Assembly: GCA_011109175.1 (NCBI GenBank)
Contig: RDEW01000004.1
Coordinates: forward strand, 1,759,355-1,792,354
Source of the DNA: Dicyema japonicum
Lineage: Eukaryota; Animalia; Dicyemida
Reading direction: 5' to 3'
Length of the DNA stretch: 33,000 bases
This document shows, one piece after another, positions 11,452 to 22,329 of the stretch (position 1 is the first letter of the stretch; every line of letters begins with the position of its first letter). A program made the position numbers and the translations under genes. Under the pieces are notes generated by a model. It saw only the letters and a program-made list of their open reading frames with translations. It ran no database searches and was not told the DNA's origin.

Positions 11452-11620
11452 TTTTTTTATTTACGCGGGCTTCCGTTATGTGGCGTTGTGTGGTCTCTTA
11501 TTATGTGATTGAATTTATTCGCTAGTATGGAAAAGAACGGTACAAGCCACGCCCATGCAAATTAATCAATCTCCTGCAACAACTGCAACAGCTTGGAACT
11601 AGTCCTTGAGAAGTATAAGA
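11448..11620 (-). repeat. Second, degraded copy of the LTR-like repeat at 12194-12371
   Basis: About 9 mismatches in about 114 nt against 12222-12336 by manual count. It starts at the DRAM stop codon. The minus-strand start is TCTTATAC versus TGTTATAC in the other copy. Confidence 0.8.
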
Positions 11621-12060
11621 ATCGTCGTCCAAAAAGGTCCCGAGGTTTGGGCAAGGTATTGCACCAAGCCATGCTCCACTCCCTCCACTTGAAGCTGACA
11701 CCAAACAAGCAAGACGATGTTGAATGCTTCTTTTTTAAGGTCTTACAAAATTTTGGAGCAGACAATGTTATCCCAATTACTTTGCATTGTTGTGTCTTCG
11801 GGGATTTTGAGTCCAGACCAGTTCCATTTCCGACAAGCTTCGTCAAATGACTCATTCCAGCGACGTCCAATAGTGTGATGAAGGACTTGCTGTGTCAAAT
11901 GGCTGCAGTTTCAGAGAGACGATAAATGTGCCGGGCATGCAACCTCCAGCGGCTATCTTAGACCGACACCCCCAAATCCAGAGGGAAGCTTACATTGCTT
12001 CCAACCAAGTTCGTAGAAGCGGACCTTAATTAGTGACTCAACAGTTTGTTTGAGAGATTT
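11620..12060 (-). mobile_element. CRE-like element fragment (post-RT region)
   Basis: WKQCKLPSGFG (W.QA.LP..GGLG-like) and SASSGGSGAWLGAIPCPNLGTFLDDDS. Confidence 0.8.
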
Positions 12061-12193
12061 GTCTATTGAAAGTAGACTGTCGTATTGTTCGTAGCAGGGT
12101 GAACATGGAGTAGATATAAAAGCTTTGGTAGTCCGATGTTGTTAGGAAGAAGGATGTGTGAGAGTCGAGATATGACAATCTTTTCGCAAGGCG

Positions 12194-12371
12194 TGTTAAT
12201 TCTTCATTTAATTTTTTTTATTTACGCGGGCTTCCTTTATGTAACGTTGTGTGGTCTCTTATTATGTGATTGAATTTATTCGATAGCATGGAAAAGAAAG
12301 GTACGAGCCACGCCCATGCAAAATAATCAATTTCCTGAGAAGTATGGAACTCGTCCTTGAGAAGTATAACA
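12194..12371 (-). repeat. Putative 178-bp LTR
   Basis: The termini TGTTA (12194-12198) and TAACA (12367-12371) are perfect inverted ends. An AATAAA lies near the minus-strand 3' end. It directly follows a BEL-like ORF end. No matching target-site duplication or clear polypurine tract. Confidence 0.55.
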
Positions 12372-12379
12372 AGCAGCCT

Positions 12380-12700
12380 GAAATCCACCTAGGCTAACAA
12401 CTTGCACTTTAAACAATCTGACTAAGAATCTAACCCGAACAAAAGAATACATTACTTCGTGTCTTCACGTACACGTCTTGGCCTAGAGGAAAATAAGTTA
12501 TTGGGATGCACCTTTGTAGAGTTCACGTCAGAATCATTGCTTCCGAGGATTGTCAGAGTGTCGCTGGACAACATCTTTAAAAAACATGACATCTCCCTTT
12601 GCGATCTTTTCGCTTGCCCTTGAATTTCGATGTTTGGGAACGATATGAAGGCGATACCACTATTCGACGACTGGATTAGTAGAGAAGATATCCCCTGTAA
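12380..12700 (-). mobile_element. BEL/Pao-like LTR retrotransposon, C-terminal region after integrase
   Basis: KIAKGDVMFFKD...NPRKQ*F*RELYKG...DVYVKTRS resembles the BEL C-terminal motif 'GD.V..KD...PR..W..GR..EL..G.DG..R.V.VKT'. Confidence 0.45.
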
Positions 12701-12719
12701 CATTTGTTGCCGGAGTAAC

Positions 12720-13450
12720 AAGCGAAAGCTTCCTTCCTGGTGGAGTCAGGCCAATTGCCGGTGGAAGCTTTATCCGTAGAGGATAAACCAGGAATTATTG
12801 TGAAATGGACGGTGAGAAGGGATCAACTACTTTAAACCGTTTTGATGAGATCCTCAAGCATTATGCACATTTCGAACCTCGCATGCGGTACTCCAACTCA
12901 TCTCTTTATTGGGATGGACTAATTAAATCATCGACTGGGATCCAACAATATGATCTTCTTGGTTCACTTCTTTTTGCCTGATGAGGCTGTCCGTGCATGA
13001 CATGGCTTTCAATTGTTGGTACTTGGATTATCTACGATCGGATGTTAACCGAGTTGGTGATAAAAAAACATTTCTTCTCACTCTTAGCAGATATAAACGC
13101 ATAAATCCGAAATTTGTAAGCTGGGACTCTCCCGATATGAATACTATAAATCACGACGCAAGATCATATTTTCTTCCCCCATGCTTCTATTCCAGGTGAG
13201 GATGACTTTATGATAATGGCTCTCCCATTTCCAAATGGATTATCATTCATATTCAGAATAAGAAACTATCGGAGATTGGTAGAGCCACTGTTAAGCTGCA
13301 CAAGTTTGATTTCATACTGATTTTTTTCTCCTGAAAATTGTTTGTTCCATCCGAGATTAATGTTTTTGGGACATTCCTCTAATTGTTACCTCTTTCTGAA
13401 AAGCTTGGAGAATTTCAATAAACTTATTCCAAGTATATTGAAGAAGTTGC
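12720..13450 (+). mobile_element. CRE-like element, RT core fragment
   Basis: GGVRPIAGGSFIRR (about 12739-12780), SSTGIQQYDLLGSLLFA (GVQQGDPLGPLLF-like) and NCWYLDYL (WYLDD-like). Confidence 0.75.
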
Positions 13451-14209
13451 TGAGGAGTTAGTCGGCTGCTTTTGAAAGAAACCACTTTTGATCCACACAA
13501 ATTAGGAACTTGACCAACATTACGTAAACAAACTATTTGGTAGTGGCTCAGTAAGGGTGAGAGGTTGAATCTGTTTGTTACAAATGTGGGTAGTTTTCTC
13601 CGTAAGCAGATTACCCACGTGATTCTTCCGTTGTATGGTAAGTTTAAATACTCTTGTAAAAAGTAGGAATCTGAATGGTGGGCAATGTGATGTAGTGCTT
13701 TTTATCTTTTGTTTCCTAAAATGAATAATTTTATGAAGATCTGCTTATTTTCAGGGATCCTTGTTTACTACGACCATCAAATGTGAAAAATACAAATTAG
13801 TGATGGTCAATGACATCAGGCTCCACCTACTAAGAGACAATGGAGAATGGCGGGACGATTTCTATAGCCAGACCCTAGGCAATTTCGCAAAAAATCAACA
13901 CCATTAAGGAGACTTAAGATTAATTAGAGCTCAATTGAAAAAATGCAAGATTTTAATAGAATGGGTTTTTCCAACCAGAACACTGCAATTCTCATTTGAA
14001 ACCAGTTGGTTTGACTCACAAAGTCAGGCATATTAAAGAATGACAAAAAAACAAAAATTGTCATTGAAGAGCGATTTTCACTAAACATAGAAAGAAAGGC
14101 TATCCAAGATTTAAAAGAAACTCAATTATTTTCGCGATTTTCTAATTAGTGATTTTTTAATCATGAAATATTTATACTTTAATTTATTTTAAATAAATAA
14201 AATAGCATA

Positions 14210-15100
14210 ATATCTCCTCTCCTCTTTGTTGCATATCGGGATCTCAAGCCTTTTATTGTGGAGGGAACTAGCATCATAGCTTATGCAGATGATGTGGACT
14301 TCGTCTCGCAAAATGGGGAGGCCCTATTGGGATTACTCGAGACGGCACCAAGAGTATTCGAAAAATGGTCACTAAATATCAACAAAGACAAGACAGAGCT
14401 GACAACTTTGATGAGGAAGGAATCTATTCTGGAAGATCATTGGCGAAAGGTTAAAATGCTGGGATCCCTGCTTGAATAAAGAAGACATCATTGCACGGAA
14501 GATTAAAGCAAATACGGCCTTTACAACTTGAGAAGAAATTGGTTTCTAAGAAAGAAGGGCTTGAATCGAGAGATCAGAACTCGACTATACAATTCGTTAG
14601 TCGAACCAATACTCCTATATAATGCAAAGTTCTTGGTCATTAACCCTAAATGACATTGAAAAACTAAACTCCTTCCATCGGGGACAACTACGAAGATTCA
14701 TTCGTGCTGGGACCGTATGAGAACAAGAAGTCAAGAACTATACTCTGTTACGTCTTCTAAACCGATTTCACTAGACATCATGGAATTTCGTTGGAGCCTA
14801 TTTGGACACATCCTACGGGGAAATATCGAAACTCCAGCTAATGTTGCCATGGAGGAATACTTTCAAACCGAGGAGGTGAAGTTCCGAGGACGTCCGAGAG
14901 CATCACTGGCCACGACACTGAATGAAGACCTGAAGAGAATAGGATTATCTCTAACTACGGGAGATGACCTGGACTACTTGAGGGATTTGGCTCAGGATCG
15001 TGGAAAGTGGAGAAAATTAACTAAAAAATTAATGTTTGGTACTGCACTGGTTTTGTCATTTCCAATGGCAAGACGTTGTGCTTTATAATAATAATAATAT
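14210..15100 (+). mobile_element. 5'-truncated RTE-like LINE, the best-preserved copy
   Basis: IAYADDVDF, LNINKDKTE, WRKVKMLGSLL, RLYNSLVEPILLYN, FRWSLFGHILR, FRGRPRASLATTLNEDL and AQDRGKW, followed by a (TAA)n run at about 15085-15099. Confidence 0.9.
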
Positions 15101-15109
15101 AGCATGCAA

Positions 15110-15260
15110 CTTTTTGATGGTGAAAGTATACCTAGAAGGAAGATACTCACATGCTAGATGGGGTCGCTATTTTTTAAATATGATATTATTGAAGAGAGGA
15201 ATCCCACAGGAATCAATTTTAAGTTTTCTATTATTTAATGTTCTAGTCAGGATCAAGGAG
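15110..15260 (+). mobile_element. Short LINE RT remnant
   Basis: RGIPQESILSFLLFNVLV resembles GVPQGSILSPLLFN. Confidence 0.4.
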
Positions 15261-15269
15261 TTAATTAGT

Positions 15270-15700
15270 TTGAGTACCCTTTGGTCTTTGGAATAATTTT
15301 AATTTTTTAATTGCCGATTTCACGTCTCCAAGGTCAACAAGTACGAGACCTCTGATATACGCATACGAGGTTCTACTGTCTGATGTGTCGAGAACGAATA
15401 TGATATCGGATAGGAGACTGGTGCATGCGATCTTGTGGAAGAAATTAAGACTCGAAAATGATATGTATGATGATTTCGTAGTCAAAGGATCAGGTTTTTC
15501 TAGTTATGACTTAAGAACCACAAGTTTTCTTTGACAGTGAAAAAGTAGTCCGGTAATAAAAAAAATCGTTCAATCCACTGAAAGTCAAGTAGCAAATGAA
15601 TCCCGGATGTGACTCTGACTTAATTCTCTACTGGACAGTGGTACGATGTTACGAAGAACCTTTTCAAGGCCGATATCACCAAGCGAGTTTCTACAAGAGC
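15270..15700 (-). mobile_element. LINE linker remnant
   Basis: VDLGDVKSAIKKLK resembles 'I...EV..AIK.LK'. Weak. Confidence 0.3.
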
Positions 15701-15909
15701 AAATTGAGGAAAAACAGCGAAATGAACGAAAATACAGAATAGAGAAAAATATTAAGTACAACCAAAGGTTTCGTCTATTTTGTTAATTTAGTATTTCAAT
15801 TTTATTGGAGATAGGTGGAGGGAGGTACACTGGTTAGTTACTCCCATATTATTAACTTTTGTACTTTTAATAAAATTAAAGCTGTTAATTTTTAATGGAA
15901 AACGATTTG

Positions 15910-16250
15910 TTAACACAAAGAAAGATTTATATAATTAATTCTTTGCAGAAATGATTGCGTATGCGTTTCCCGTAATACAGCAATCCAGAATCTTTGTTTT
16001 AGCCAAAACGATTCGCGGGTTCTTTTTTTCGGTTTGCTTATTTTCCTCCAATTTCTTCAGAAAGGCCGCAATGAGGAATTCCTATGACTCCCGACGTTTC
16101 TATAGCCACTGGTGTGAATCGGTCTCCAATGGCCTATACTTCTGGATTTTGGCCAATTCTGCTACGTTGACTGCAGATCCAGGTTTCTGAGCAGATCACA
16201 GAAGGAGCGAAGTGGAGATGGTATCCACACAGATTTTCCGTTTGAATATG
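15910..16250 (-). mobile_element. CRE-like element 3' end (RLE C-terminus)
   Basis: GKSVW, PGSAVNVAELAKIQKY, RFTPVAIETSGVIG and ITGNAYAII, spread over frameshifts. Confidence 0.75.
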
Positions 16251-16819
16251 AGAAAAACGTCTATAGCTTACAGTTTGCATTGCTGTCTAAATGATAGTAA
16301 TAATGCTTTGTTAGATTTCGATACTTAACGGCTCAGATTTAACCGTCTAAACCGGTTAGCGTTAACTTTCGGTCATACCTTAAGCGGCTTTAATGGTTAA
16401 ATCGATTTTGCGTCTCGTTCACTGCCTAACCTAATTTAGAACCGCTCAAACACACACTGTAGGACAAATACGTAGCGCGTGGATATTCTAACGCCTCATC
16501 GTCCAGAAGGTTGCCAATCTCGGCACAAGGATAGGCGTTAAGCGAGGCACCGGATCAATGGTAGCTAGCCACTTTGAGGAATGCAAGTCTTCTCGCACTA
16601 CCAATGCACTAGGGTGCTCCCTCATTTATTCAAAGACACGTCTCGAATACGCTTTCTGTTTAAAACCTCCATCCGGAACCGACTCTTATCATCTATTGGA
16701 CAAGTGAAATCTACTAGACTTGTTTAGAATGTTATCCTCGAATCCAATTAAAAATATCTAATGTAACATAATCTCTCCCTGCTCCAAATATTAAGGAAGC
16801 TAATACCCTGATTAAGTAT

Positions 16820-17600
16820 CACACCTCTATAGGTCACAAGGGGGTTTGAAGACTCACTTTTGTCGCCAACGTAATTTGGTTCTTATTCTAAACGACTTAC
16901 CCCACCCTGAAGAACCTGATTCAATGTTTCTGCCATATGCTAGCGAATTAATTATTGCAAGTAGAAACAGATACGTGAATATGGCGAACTCAGAACTTCA
17001 GTCACATCTAGACAACCTGGGACTTTACCACTAACCGGAGACAAAAGGATACGCTAGAAATCAACCTTTATGGAGATATTATTCCCATGCAGAGACATCT
17101 AAGAATACTGGGAGTGACTGTGGACCTTTGTTTTCTTTTTCCCATCATGTGAAGAACTTTTTGGCAGGGACCTCATGAAACTCGGCTTCATTAAAACATT
17201 TTAAACTCCAAGACCCAGGTGTCACAAGAATGCGCTGCCGTCTTATTTAATCAGCTCATAAAGCTAATGGTGGAGTATACTTGTGCTTCTTGGGCTTATA
17301 GAATTTCAATTTCGAACTTCTTCAAGATCTCTAAGAGCAAAGACGGTAGCTTAACCAATTTCTATGCTCAACTATTCCAACACAGCTATTCGGAACAATG
17401 GTTCTGGTTTCATTACTCTCTGCGACTTCAAATCCGATCACTTCTACCAATCTGGATTAGAAGCCTCCAAAACCCACGCCTCTCCAAATCCTGATTAAAG
17501 AGAAACGTCGTGTATTCAGAAAAGCTGTAGGTACTATGGAGCAGCACGGAAAAACACATCACAGTATCGGTTTGATGTGTGTATGTCTTGAATAGCTATA
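16820..17600 (+). mobile_element. Jockey/I-like LINE, RT C-terminal half
   Basis: FLPYASELIIAS (YADD-like), ANSELQSHLDNL, FSHHVKN and LFNQLIKLMVEYTCASWA. Confidence 0.6.
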
Positions 17601-17749
17601 GAAAAAACTGCCACTTACTTTCCCTATTGGTTCTCCCAAAAAAGTTACCCGTGGAGGCTGTCGAGTGAGCACAAAAGTTATGCTCAAATGACATCTCCAA
17701 ACGTCAGAGATGTCAACCCAAATCACTGACCAGACAAAATTAGAATCCT

Positions 17750-18050
17750 ACAACTGAATATCATTGGAATTACTTCAAACAAATTGAGCCTGCATACTAC
17801 CTAAGGAGACACAAAATTAATATTGCTTGTACTTTACTTCCCCAAATAAAACCACGCTCTCTTTTATATACGAAAGTTCCCAGAACAACAATGCTATCCA
17901 ACAAGATGGGTGCCTCCATGTGTATGGTGTAGCACTGGGCGCTTACGTCCATAACATAATACTGAAATTGTTTCCCGATACTTGCGATTTAACAAATTTT
18001 AAAACAATAATAAATTGCATCCTGTGGAATTGTGTTTATTATATTGCCTT
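17750..18050 (+). mobile_element. Possible APE endonuclease N-terminal remnant of a LINE
   Basis: WNYFKQIEPAYYLRRHKINIAC loosely matches 'WN.NG...K..EL...L....I.IAC'. Confidence 0.25.
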
Positions 18051-18574
18051 TATAAAGCATTGGGCAAATTGATCACATTTAGAATGGTATCAACAAAGAA
18101 GAAAAGATGATGGGTATTTCAAAAAAAATGGGAACTACAAAAACTAACCATCGATCTAGAGATGAATAAAAAAGCCTAATGAGTGTTTCAAAGTTCAAAG
18201 AAATTGAAGGCTAAGTTGACACAGCGAACATACATGCTTTAAAAAAAACAAGCAAATGTTAATTCTGTTACTGCAAGCTATGAACTCAACCTGATCGAAA
18301 TAGTAACTGCTAATACATTTCAGATACATGAAAAATTGTCATGAAAAGAAACACAAAACCAAAACTAAGAGCGATTTGATAATCTTGAGAAAATGACTAA
18401 ATTTTATATTGGCGCTGTGGACCGTTATCTTAACATAGCCTTTGTAGTAGACTTTCAAATTATTAAATACATTTCATTAAGATTACGATGTTCTTCCAGA
18501 TTTGTTAGTGCGGTCTGCTTGTATACTTAAATTATCTTATACGGTATAAATATTAATTTTATTTTTTTATTTAT

Positions 18575-19165
18575 TTTAATAACCCCGGAAACACCGAGAA
18601 AGAAAGACAAAAGAGTCAAACAGTTAGGTGATCCCAGTCCTCGCAATCAATTGTGCCATTCGACGTCTGTGATCTTCCATCGTCCCCACTACTTTCCGGA
18701 AGACCTTCTCTCGGTCTTGCAGAGGAATCCGATCGGGGAGGGGAATTTCTTATCCAATCGGTTTTCTCTTGCCATGGGAAGGATCAGGCGAAGCGGATTT
18801 CCATCTTCCTCACAGACGCGAAGAAATCCGGAGCCACGACTACGGATCTTAGCTTCCATGAGTAGTGGGTCGACTGTTGATCCATTACGTGGGCAAAGCA
18901 TACTGATTGTTTTCAGGTATATCAAGTTGATTCTTTGGACCATAGACTCCGATAGTCCGAATCTCCATGCAACGGAGGCATGCTCAATGGCAGGCGCGAT
19001 TGTTTGTTGGTAGAGGGTAGAAACGGAAAAGTCCATGTTCCTCGTGGTCCTCCGAACAAGGGCGCGTATAACGTTAACTTTCTGGAGGCCCCTGGTAATC
19101 ATGTCTGTTGCGTGGGAGTTGAAATTGAGAAGACTGTCGTACTTGACTCCAAGGACAGTGGGGGA
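18575..19165 (-). mobile_element. 5'-truncated Jockey/I-like LINE 3' end
   Basis: LGVKYDSLLNFNSH, LYQQTIAPAIEHASVAW, the GGATCACCT motif at 18626-18634 and an A-rich tail. Confidence 0.75.
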
Positions 19166-19239
19166 TTAATTTAATAAATATTTTTAGTGAATTTATTTTT
19201 AATTAGTATTTTAAAAGTCATTAGAATTTTACTTCGTTT

Positions 19240-19684
19240 ATGGTCAACGAGAGCAATTTTGACATGTGGATTAAAGATCAGCCGCCCATTGAAAAAACAG
19301 AGGAGGAGTATCAAATATTAAAGGAGAAATATCTAAGAGCAGAGGAAGCTTTCAAAAAAGCAATTATGTTATGGAAGTCTCTAGTGGATGACTGGATCGT
19401 TAAAATATGACTGATTTTTAGTTGGACGAGACATACGTGGAAGGAGTTGACTATTTTACTAGGAAGAGGAACGGAGATTATGTGTTTGTATAGTTTATTC
19501 ATTTAAGAAGACCCATGACTTTGAGAAGATGGCTTATTTGGTGAGAAATAATGTCGGAATGCGTTATTATGAGCGTTGGGGGAATAAATACGTTAGTGAT
19601 GGTAATCCAAATCGAATTGTGATTTCCAGTGACTGCATAAAATACAAACAATCAGATTATTATCCTAATGTACTTAGGAAGTAG
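19240..19684 (+). CDS. Orphan 3-exon protein, about 133 aa
   Basis: Exons are 19240-19398, 19422-19487 and 19508-19684. Introns are 19399-19421 (23 nt) and 19488-19507 (20 nt; NAGNAG alternative 19510), and each removes an in-frame stop. Protein: MVNESNFDMWIKDQPPIEKTEEEYQILKEKY...DWI|LDETYVEGVDYF...YVF|KTHDFEKMAYLVRNNVGMRYYERWG...YPNVLRK*. Confidence 0.6.
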
Positions 19685-19729
19685 CATTACTAACACTTAA
19701 TTATTAAAATCATTTCATTTTCTATGTTG

Positions 19730-20130
19730 ACGACTTCGCTAGTGCAGTTAGACATCGGAGACCAGAAGAGGTGATAAGTGCAAGAAACACTAAACCTGGT
19801 AGATCTCTGCTTCGTGAAAAACCGCCTAAAAGTCGAATCAGCTAAATCACGTGTAACAACGTTCGCCTCTTTACGAAAAGAGACGAGGATAATGGAAGTA
19901 GTCAATTTCTGATTCTTCAGGATCTCTCATCCCTTCGTTGGAATAAATACACAAACAATTCGTTTTGCTAAGTTTCTAGAGCATCCCATAGCCAGAAGTC
20001 GATTATATCGGGAAATATCCTCTAGATACACAAAGAAACTCTCCTCTTTAGGGATTAATCCTGTATTCTGAGACCAACTGCGGAGGGAAGCCTGATATAG
20101 ACATTGGGGTCACTATATCAGACAATATCT
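19730..20130 (+). mobile_element. LINE RT/thumb remnant
   Basis: FYVDDFASAV followed by NRLKVESAKSRVTTF (N.L.....KS...F-like). Confidence 0.4.
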
Positions 20131-20199
20131 TGTCCTCTTTTTTGAGGTTCTGGTGGATAGGAGAAGAAAATGGATTTTTAAATCAAAATCATTTAGAGA

Positions 20200-20960
20200 A
20201 CACATCTTTTGTATGAACGGTTTGACGATGACTTTGGAGGATATTCTGTCATTGGAAGTCACAATGATAATCTTAAAAGGGGCTTGGACGATTCTATGTG
20301 CTGGAATTTTTTCAAAGATTTGCTAGAGTCATCTAGTCAACATCGCCGTGCCTGTTTGTTGTCGGGGGCGTCTTCCGAAAGCGGTGCCTGGCTCAACGCC
20401 ATTCCCAATGGAGTTCTGGGTACCTTCCTGGATGATTAATGCGTCCGTATTGGAATCTCATTGCGACTGGGATTAAAAGTCTGTAATCTACATCCGTGCC
20501 GATGCGGAGACTAGATCGACTGTTTTGGCCTACACCCTGGTCTTGAACGAAGTCGTTAGGTGAGCTTTGGACGCCGCCGGACACCCCTCCATGTTCGAAC
20601 CTGTCGGTCTTTGCAGGCGGGACGGGAAACGACCAGATTGGATGACAATCTTCACTTTTGAAGTCGGGAAACTTCTTGTCTGGGACGTCACCTGCACCGA
20701 CACATTTACCTCTTGCAACCTACTCCAGAGTGCCTCTGGAGCTTGTTCTGCCGCTGAAAAGGTCGAGAAGATGAAACAGGAAAAGTGCGAGGTCCTACCC
20801 AAGGATTTTTTGTCTGGTTCTTGAGCCTGCGACTTTGAAATTTTTGAATCGTCTAGGAATCGCTACACTAACAGGAGACCCTTCTGAGCGCTGCTGGTTA
20901 TTTGAGAGAATCTTGCTCGCTATCCTGAGAGAAAATAGCCAGGGCAGCCGCTATATAACC
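20200..20960 (+). mobile_element. CRE-like element 3' part with RLE domain
   Basis: SESGAWLNAIPNGVLGTFLDD, RIGISLRLGLKVCNLHPCRCG, EPVGLCRRDGKRPDW, LVWDVTCTDT and SAAEKVEKMKQEK. Confidence 0.9.
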
Positions 20961-21014
20961 GTTTGCTCTCTTTTCTTTCCTTTTTTTATAGATTATTATT
21001 TCATTTTAAAATTA

Positions 21015-21326
21015 ATGGCTGGTCGAGTGTATGTTTGCAGAGTTGGGAATCTTGTTCGAGTTGTCTCTTATGAAATACAAGTGATGAGTGTTTTTTGATG
21101 TCTTTAGGAGGTTGAGATCATCTATGTTGAAAGTTTCGCTGATGTAAACGAGGTAATGCAATTAATGGCAAACATACTGTCTGATGTAGGATATGAACAA
21201 AAAGGTGACTTTGAGTTTGAGACAACTGCTACAAATAATGAGATCGTAGATGCTTTGTGTTTAAATTTACTCTTGTATTCTCTCTTTATTACTTTCTCAC
21301 CCGTTTCTGATTCTAATTATAAATAA
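21015..21326 (+). CDS. Orphan 2-exon protein, about 94 aa
   Basis: Exons are 21015-21080 and 21108-21326. The 27-nt intron 21081-21107 (GTGATGAG...TCTTTAG) carries an in-frame TGA. Protein: MAGRVYVCRVGNLVRVVSYEIQ|EVEIIYVESFADVNEVMQLMANILSDVGYEQKGDFEF...SNYK*. A further 37-nt intron inside exon 2 cannot be excluded. Confidence 0.55.
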
Positions 21327-21794
21327 TAATATTTTAATTTACTTTAACTTTTTAGTTTTTTAACAATTTGAGTTTGTTTTTATGATCTCGTTTGATCCCC
21401 GAAGGGAAATTTCTAGGACATCTTTGCTCATGGCCTTTTGTATCCTCAACAAAGACACAATACCGCTTATGCTATCTTGCCAATGTTCATTTGGATCCTT
21501 ACTTCTTATTTCGTTAAATCCTCAACCAAGACTTTGGTCATCTCATTTGATATGCCTATTACTCATGTAATCGATATTGCTGAGTTCATGATAATTGACA
21601 GTGAATAATGGGGCAATGTAAATTAGGTCATGGATAAAATGTCAATTTGTAGAATAAATTCAAAAGTGACCATTATGTAAAAGAAGAATAGTCATGGGCC
21701 ACAGTGACCAATAACAGACCCCGAAGCATGACAATTTTTGGTCACATTATACAATTGGACATTGATTTTTAACCAAAAAGCAAGTTAGCCGCTA

Positions 21795-22223
21795 ATATTG
21801 ATTTACGTAGACCAAACCCAAATATATAAGCAAATCCTGTCAACTTTGATCAAAATGTGTCGAGAGAAGGATGAGATGACAAAGAATAAGCACGAGTTAA
21901 ACATGAATTTTCTAATACCTGACCAAGACGATTTTATAAGCATTGATCATTCTGACTACGAGGACCTCCTGTCTGCCATAGATATTTTGGAAATTTTTCA
22001 TATATACGATCGTCGAGATTTGATTCTGGATTGGAATGATGTGGGAAACTATGGGATGGACTCTGAACTACTTATCGACATGGCTGGTGGCATCTCACCA
22101 GTTGAAGAAACAGGATCAGAAAAGTACGGAGAATCTTTAGTGAATGATAGCGATGATATGATCGAAGAATTTATTAATTCAAGAGACAGGTCTAAACAGG
22201 ACAAGGATGACGATGTCGAATAA
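21795..22223 (+). CDS. Acidic (D/E-rich) protein, open terminal segment of a tandem paralogue pair; start uncertain
   Basis: Open 141-codon frame. It has ATA where the paralogue has ATG. The conserved TTGATTTACGTAG may instead be a splice acceptor, which would imply an unseen upstream exon. Confidence 0.55.
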   Translation: MLIYVDQTQIYKQILSTLIKMCREKDEMTKNKHELNMNFLIPDQDDFISIDHSDYEDLLSAIDILEIFHIYDRRDLILDWNDVGNYGMDSELLIDMAGGISPVEETGSEKYGESLVNDSDDMIEEFINSRDRSKQDKDDDVE

Positions 22224-22329
22224 AGCATGTCACAGTACTTTTAAAAAATCCGCGGATTAACGATTTTTTTAAATTTTCGCTTTTTTAATAAAATTTGGAA
22301 TATAAACCTTGTTTTGTGATTTTTAAATT

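Noticed and set aside
11546-11562. Octamer ATGCAAAT next to a GC-box (CCACGCCC) as an snRNA-type enhancer
   Set aside because: It lies in the LTR-like repeat, the octamer is mutated in the second copy, and no snRNA gene is seen nearby.
13725-14150. Possible small secreted-protein gene (MKICLFSG...)
   Set aside because: It needs a frameshift and contains several stops, with no family or intron support.
18130-18330. hAT-like transposase fragment (VTASYEL)
   Set aside because: A single short motif, which is not enough support.
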